DNA of 29,197 nt from Candidatus Methanomethylophilaceae archaeon (GTDB taxonomy: Archaea > Thermoplasmatota > Thermoplasmata > Methanomassiliicoccales > Methanomethylophilaceae). The notes below the pieces were generated by a model. The model searched no databases and had not been told where the DNA came from. It saw only the letters and a list, made by a program, of their open reading frames with translations. A program made the translations under genes and the position numbers. The DNA is taken from assembly GCA_050944155.1 (NCBI GenBank), contig JBMNQN010000012.1:1-29197 (forward strand), written 5' to 3'. Positions 26,356-29,197 of the stretch are shown one piece after another (the first letter of the stretch is position 1; every line of letters starts with the position of its first letter).

Positions 26356-27732
26356 ATGGCAAAAGTAACCAAAGAATACAAGACCGTGTCGCAGATTGCG
26401 GGACCTCTGGTTTTCGTACGTAAAACCGAACCCGTCGGATACCAGGAAATGGTTTCCATAAGACTTTCCGACGGCAGCATCAGGAGAGGACAGGTTCTCG
26501 ACTCTTCGGACGAACTCGTCGTCGTTCAGGTGTTCGAAGGAACCACGGGAATAGACCGTGCGGCATCCGTACGTTTCCTCGGCGAAACCATGAAGATGCC
26601 CGTTTCCAGCGAGATGCTGGGAAGAGTTCTCTCCGGAGCGGGAGAGCCCATAGACGGCGGCGCCCCCATAGTTCCCGAAAAGGAACTGGATATCGAGGGA
26701 GCGGCCATCAACCCCTGGGCTAGAGACAGCCCCGCCGATTTCATAGAAACGGGAATATCCACCATCGACGGAATGAACACCCTGGTCAGGGGACAGAAAC
26801 TGCCCATATTTTCGGCATCCGGTCTGCCCCACAACGACATCGCTCTTCAGATTGCGAGACAGGCAAAGGTCCGCGGAGAGAACGAACAGTTCGCCGTGGT
26901 GTTCATCGCCATGGGTATCACCAACGAAGAGAAACAGACCTTCATGAAAGAGTTCGAGAGAACCGGCGCGCTGAAGAACGCCGTGGTTTTCCTCAACCTT
27001 GCAGACGACCCCGCCGTCGAGCGTATCGTCACTCCCCGTCTGGGCCTCACCACCGCCGAGTACATGGCGTTCGAACTGGGAATGCAGGTTCTGGTCATAA
27101 TGACGGACGTAACCAACTACTGCGAGGCTCTCCGTCAGGTTTCCGCCGCAAGGGAAGAAGTGCCCGGAAGACGCGGATACCCCGGTTACATGTACACCGA
27201 TCTGGCACAGCTGTACGAGCGTGCGGGAAGAGTCAAGGGTAAGACGGGATCCATTACGCAGATCCCCATTCTCTCCATGCCCGGAGACGACATCACCCAC
27301 CCGATTCCTGACCTGTCCGGATACATCACCGAAGGTCAGATCGTTCTGTCGAGAGAACTCCACCGCAACGGAATTTACCCGCCGGTCAACGTTTCGTCCT
27401 CTCTCAGCCGTCTGATGAACTCCGGTATCGGAAAAGGAAAGACCAGGGACGACCACAAGGCGGTCTCCGACCAGCTTTACGCATCCTACGCGGAAGGTAA
27501 AGATCTGAGAGGATTGGTTGCCATCGTCGGTAAAGATTCCCTTTCCGCAAAGGACAGGAAGTATCTCGATTTCGCGGACCTCTTCGAAGACCGCATCGTC
27601 CGTCAGGGACACGACGAAGACCGCTCCATCGAACAGACTCTCGACATCGCATGGGAAATCCTCAGAGAACTGGACGAAGACCAGCTTACGAGAATCGACC
27701 GTAAGTACATCGAGAAGTACCTGAAGAAGTGA
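26356..27732 (+). CDS. atpB: A1Ao ATP synthase subunit B
   Basis: [50 protein letters not shown]. Confidence 0.99.
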   Translation: MAKVTKEYKTVSQIAGPLVFVRKTEPVGYQEMVSIRLSDGSIRRGQVLDSSDELVVVQVFEGTTGIDRAASVRFLGETMKMPVSSEMLGRVLSGAGEPIDGGAPIVPEKELDIEGAAINPWARDSPADFIETGISTIDGMNTLVRGQKLPIFSASGLPHNDIALQIARQAKVRGENEQFAVVFIAMGITNEEKQTFMKEFERTGALKNAVVFLNLADDPAVERIVTPRLGLTTAEYMAFELGMQVLVIMTDVTNYCEALRQVSAAREEVPGRRGYPGYMYTDLAQLYERAGRVKGKTGSITQIPILSMPGDDITHPIPDLSGYITEGQIVLSRELHRNGIYPPVNVSSSLSRLMNSGIGKGKTRDDHKAVSDQLYASYAEGKDLRGLVAIVGKDSLSAKDRKYLDFADLFEDRIVRQGHDEDRSIEQTLDIAWEILRELDEDQLTRIDRKYIEKYLKK

Positions 27733-27736
27733 AATC

Positions 27737-28375
27737 ATGCCGGCGCACGAAGTAACCCCGAACCGCTCGGTCCTTCTGGACCTCAAAAGAAGGATAAAAC
27801 TGACCAAAGGCGGTCACAAGATCCTTAAGATGAAAAGAGACGGTCTCATCATCGAGTTCTTCGCCGTGCTGGAGAGAGCGCGCCAGATGCGTGCCGGAGT
27901 CGCGTCGGACTATCAGGCGGCGATTGACAGAATCGCCATCGCGAGAGCCGTCGAAGGAGACATAGCCGTAAAAAGCGCGGCCTATGCCGTAAGCTCCGGC
28001 CCCCAGGTCACCGTGGGCAGCAAAAACATCATGGGAATGAAGGTTCCGAAGGTGGAAGCCTCCGGATCCCTTCACAGAAACATCCTCAGCAAAGGATACG
28101 GCGTAATATCGACGTCTGCGTTCATAGAGGATGCGTCCCTGGCTTTCGAGAAACTTCTCGGCACCATAATCAGGGCCGCGGAGATCGAAACCACCATGAA
28201 GAAGCTGCTGGACGAAATCGAGAAGACCAAGAGAAGGGTGAACGCTCTGGAATTCAAGATAATTCCGGAACTTCAGGAATCCGAAAGGTTCGTCAGGTTC
28301 AGTCTCGAAGAGATGGAAAGGGAAAACACAACCCGTCTGAAGCACCAGAAGAAGAAAAGCGAGGTAACCGAGTGA
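27737..28375 (+). CDS. atpD: A1Ao ATP synthase subunit D
   Basis: GHKILKMKRDGL, NIMGMKVP, EIEKTKRRVNALE..IIP, LEEMERE. Confidence 0.98.
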   Translation: MPAHEVTPNRSVLLDLKRRIKLTKGGHKILKMKRDGLIIEFFAVLERARQMRAGVASDYQAAIDRIAIARAVEGDIAVKSAAYAVSSGPQVTVGSKNIMGMKVPKVEASGSLHRNILSKGYGVISTSAFIEDASLAFEKLLGTIIRAAEIETTMKKLLDEIEKTKRRVNALEFKIIPELQESERFVRFSLEEMERENTTRLKHQKKKSEVTE

Positions 28376-28527
28376 AGAAATCCTTCGAGGAACGCTGGGA
28401 AGACGTTCAGGAAGACCCCGTAAAACTCAAAAGAGTCTTTACGACGGTCTGGGTCTTGGCGTACTCGATGCTGATTCTCGGTGCTTTCATCATCATCTGG
28501 GCTTTGGCGAAGACCCATCTTTTCTGA
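28372..28527 (+). CDS. Small (51 aa) single-pass membrane protein, last gene of the ATP synthase operon; absent from the ORF track
   Basis: GTG overlaps the atpD TGA (GTGA); SD GAGGT at 28361-28365; translation MKKSFEERWEDVQEDPVKLKRVFTTVWVLAYSMLILGAFIIIWALAKTHLF. Confidence 0.75.
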   Translation: MKKSFEERWEDVQEDPVKLKRVFTTVWVLAYSMLILGAFIIIWALAKTHLF

Positions 28528-28543
28528 AACCCTTTACGGAATT

Positions 28544-28906
28544 TCATTCCGTTTTTTCATTTTTGTCTTTCTTGGAGGTGGACATTTCCAGTCCGCCTAT
28601 TCCGGCAATAATGACTATCACGAACAGTATGCGCAGAAGAGTGACGGGTTCGTCGTAAAGCAGCGCTCCGACCACTACGGCCCCCAGGGCTCCGATTCCC
28701 ACCCAGACGGAATATCCCACGCCCGTGGGTATTCCTTTTGTGTACGCCACGTTAAGAAACCACGTGCTCACGAAAAGGAAGAATATCGTAACGGCCGTCC
28801 ACAGAGGAACGGTGAACGCTTCGGACACGAACATGGTGGTGGCCCAGACGGTTTCGAACATGCCCCCGATGACGAGAAACACCCATCCCAGCTTTTTCTG
28901 ATTCAT
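28544..28906 (-). CDS. SMR family transporter (SugE/Gdx-like), second gene of a pair
   Basis: Four TMs, membrane Glu in GGMFETVWA, IPTGVGYSVWVGIGA, LYDEP, GIGGL. Confidence 0.9.
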   Translation of the reverse strand: MNQKKLGWVFLVIGGMFETVWATTMFVSEAFTVPLWTAVTIFFLFVSTWFLNVAYTKGIPTGVGYSVWVGIGALGAVVVGALLYDEPVTLLRILFVIVIIAGIGGLEMSTSKKDKNEKTE

Positions 28907-28907
28907 G

Positions 28908-29197
28908 TCAGCTGCCTCCGAATATCTGCAGTCCGGTTATTCCCACGATAATCACGAAAAGGAAAAAAACCTGCATTCTGGATATTTTCTCTTTGTAAAG
29001 CACCATTCCGGCCAGGACGGTTCCGACGGCTCCGATCCCCGTCCATATGGCGTATGCCGTGCCCATGGGACAGTCCAGCATTGCCACGGAGAGACAGTAG
29101 GGACTCAGAACTATGAAGAACGCGGCGAGCACGGTCCACTTCTTGTTCGTATAGGACTCGGATTTTCTGAGAGCTATGACCCAGCACGGTTCGAGCA
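28908..29197 (-). CDS. SMR family transporter (SugE/Gdx-like), first gene of the pair; 5' end lies beyond the window
   Basis: Frame is open to the window edge: LEPCWVIALRKSESYTNKKWTVLAAFF...PMGTAYAIWTGIGAVGT..LYKE. Confidence 0.88.
   Translation of the reverse strand, partial: LEPCWVIALRKSESYTNKKWTVLAAFFIVLSPYCLSVAMLDCPMGTAYAIWTGIGAVGTVLAGMVLYKEKISRMQVFFLFVIIVGITGLQIFGGS

Noticed and set aside
20720-27807. Long antisense ORFs (20720-22480, 23143-24219, 26260-27807; also 318-1241 and 15586-16632)
   Set aside because: Shadow frames of genes with biased codon usage; no recognisable motifs, and fully overlapped by well-supported genes.
1-29197. CRISPR arrays, tRNA/rRNA genes (including tRNA-Pyl), integrases or defence systems
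   Set aside because: No regularly spaced repeats, cloverleaf-like sequence or such proteins were seen; intergenic gaps are short apart from the origin. A covariance-model search was not possible here.

Overview
Archaeal chromosomal core region. Gene content (TiaS, PriS, L18Ae, prefoldin-alpha, A1Ao ATP synthase in order H-I-K-E-C-F-A-B-D, HPS-RraA fusion) and stop-codon usage suggest a Methanomassiliicoccales-type (Thermoplasmata) methanogen; this taxonomic call is an inference. I call 33 CDS. The centre holds a probable replication origin: an AT-rich orc1/cdc6 locus bracketed by two near-identical, inverted ORB elements (12120-12145 and 13668-13693). The main observation is that cdc6 most likely starts at ATG 12426, not 12567, and carries an in-frame TAG at codon 40 (12543-12545) inside the conserved LPHREE-x-I motif. 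None of the 33 called genes ends in TAG (13 TAA, 20 TGA), which fits amber being read as pyrrolysine in a replication initiator. Other points: an unannotated 51-aa membrane ORF coupled to atpD; a 12-bp palindrome over the cdc6 start; an fmdE / metal-chelate ABC / methyltransferase module with a NikR-like operator; a probable CTG start; and a hairpin over the atpE ribosome-binding site.
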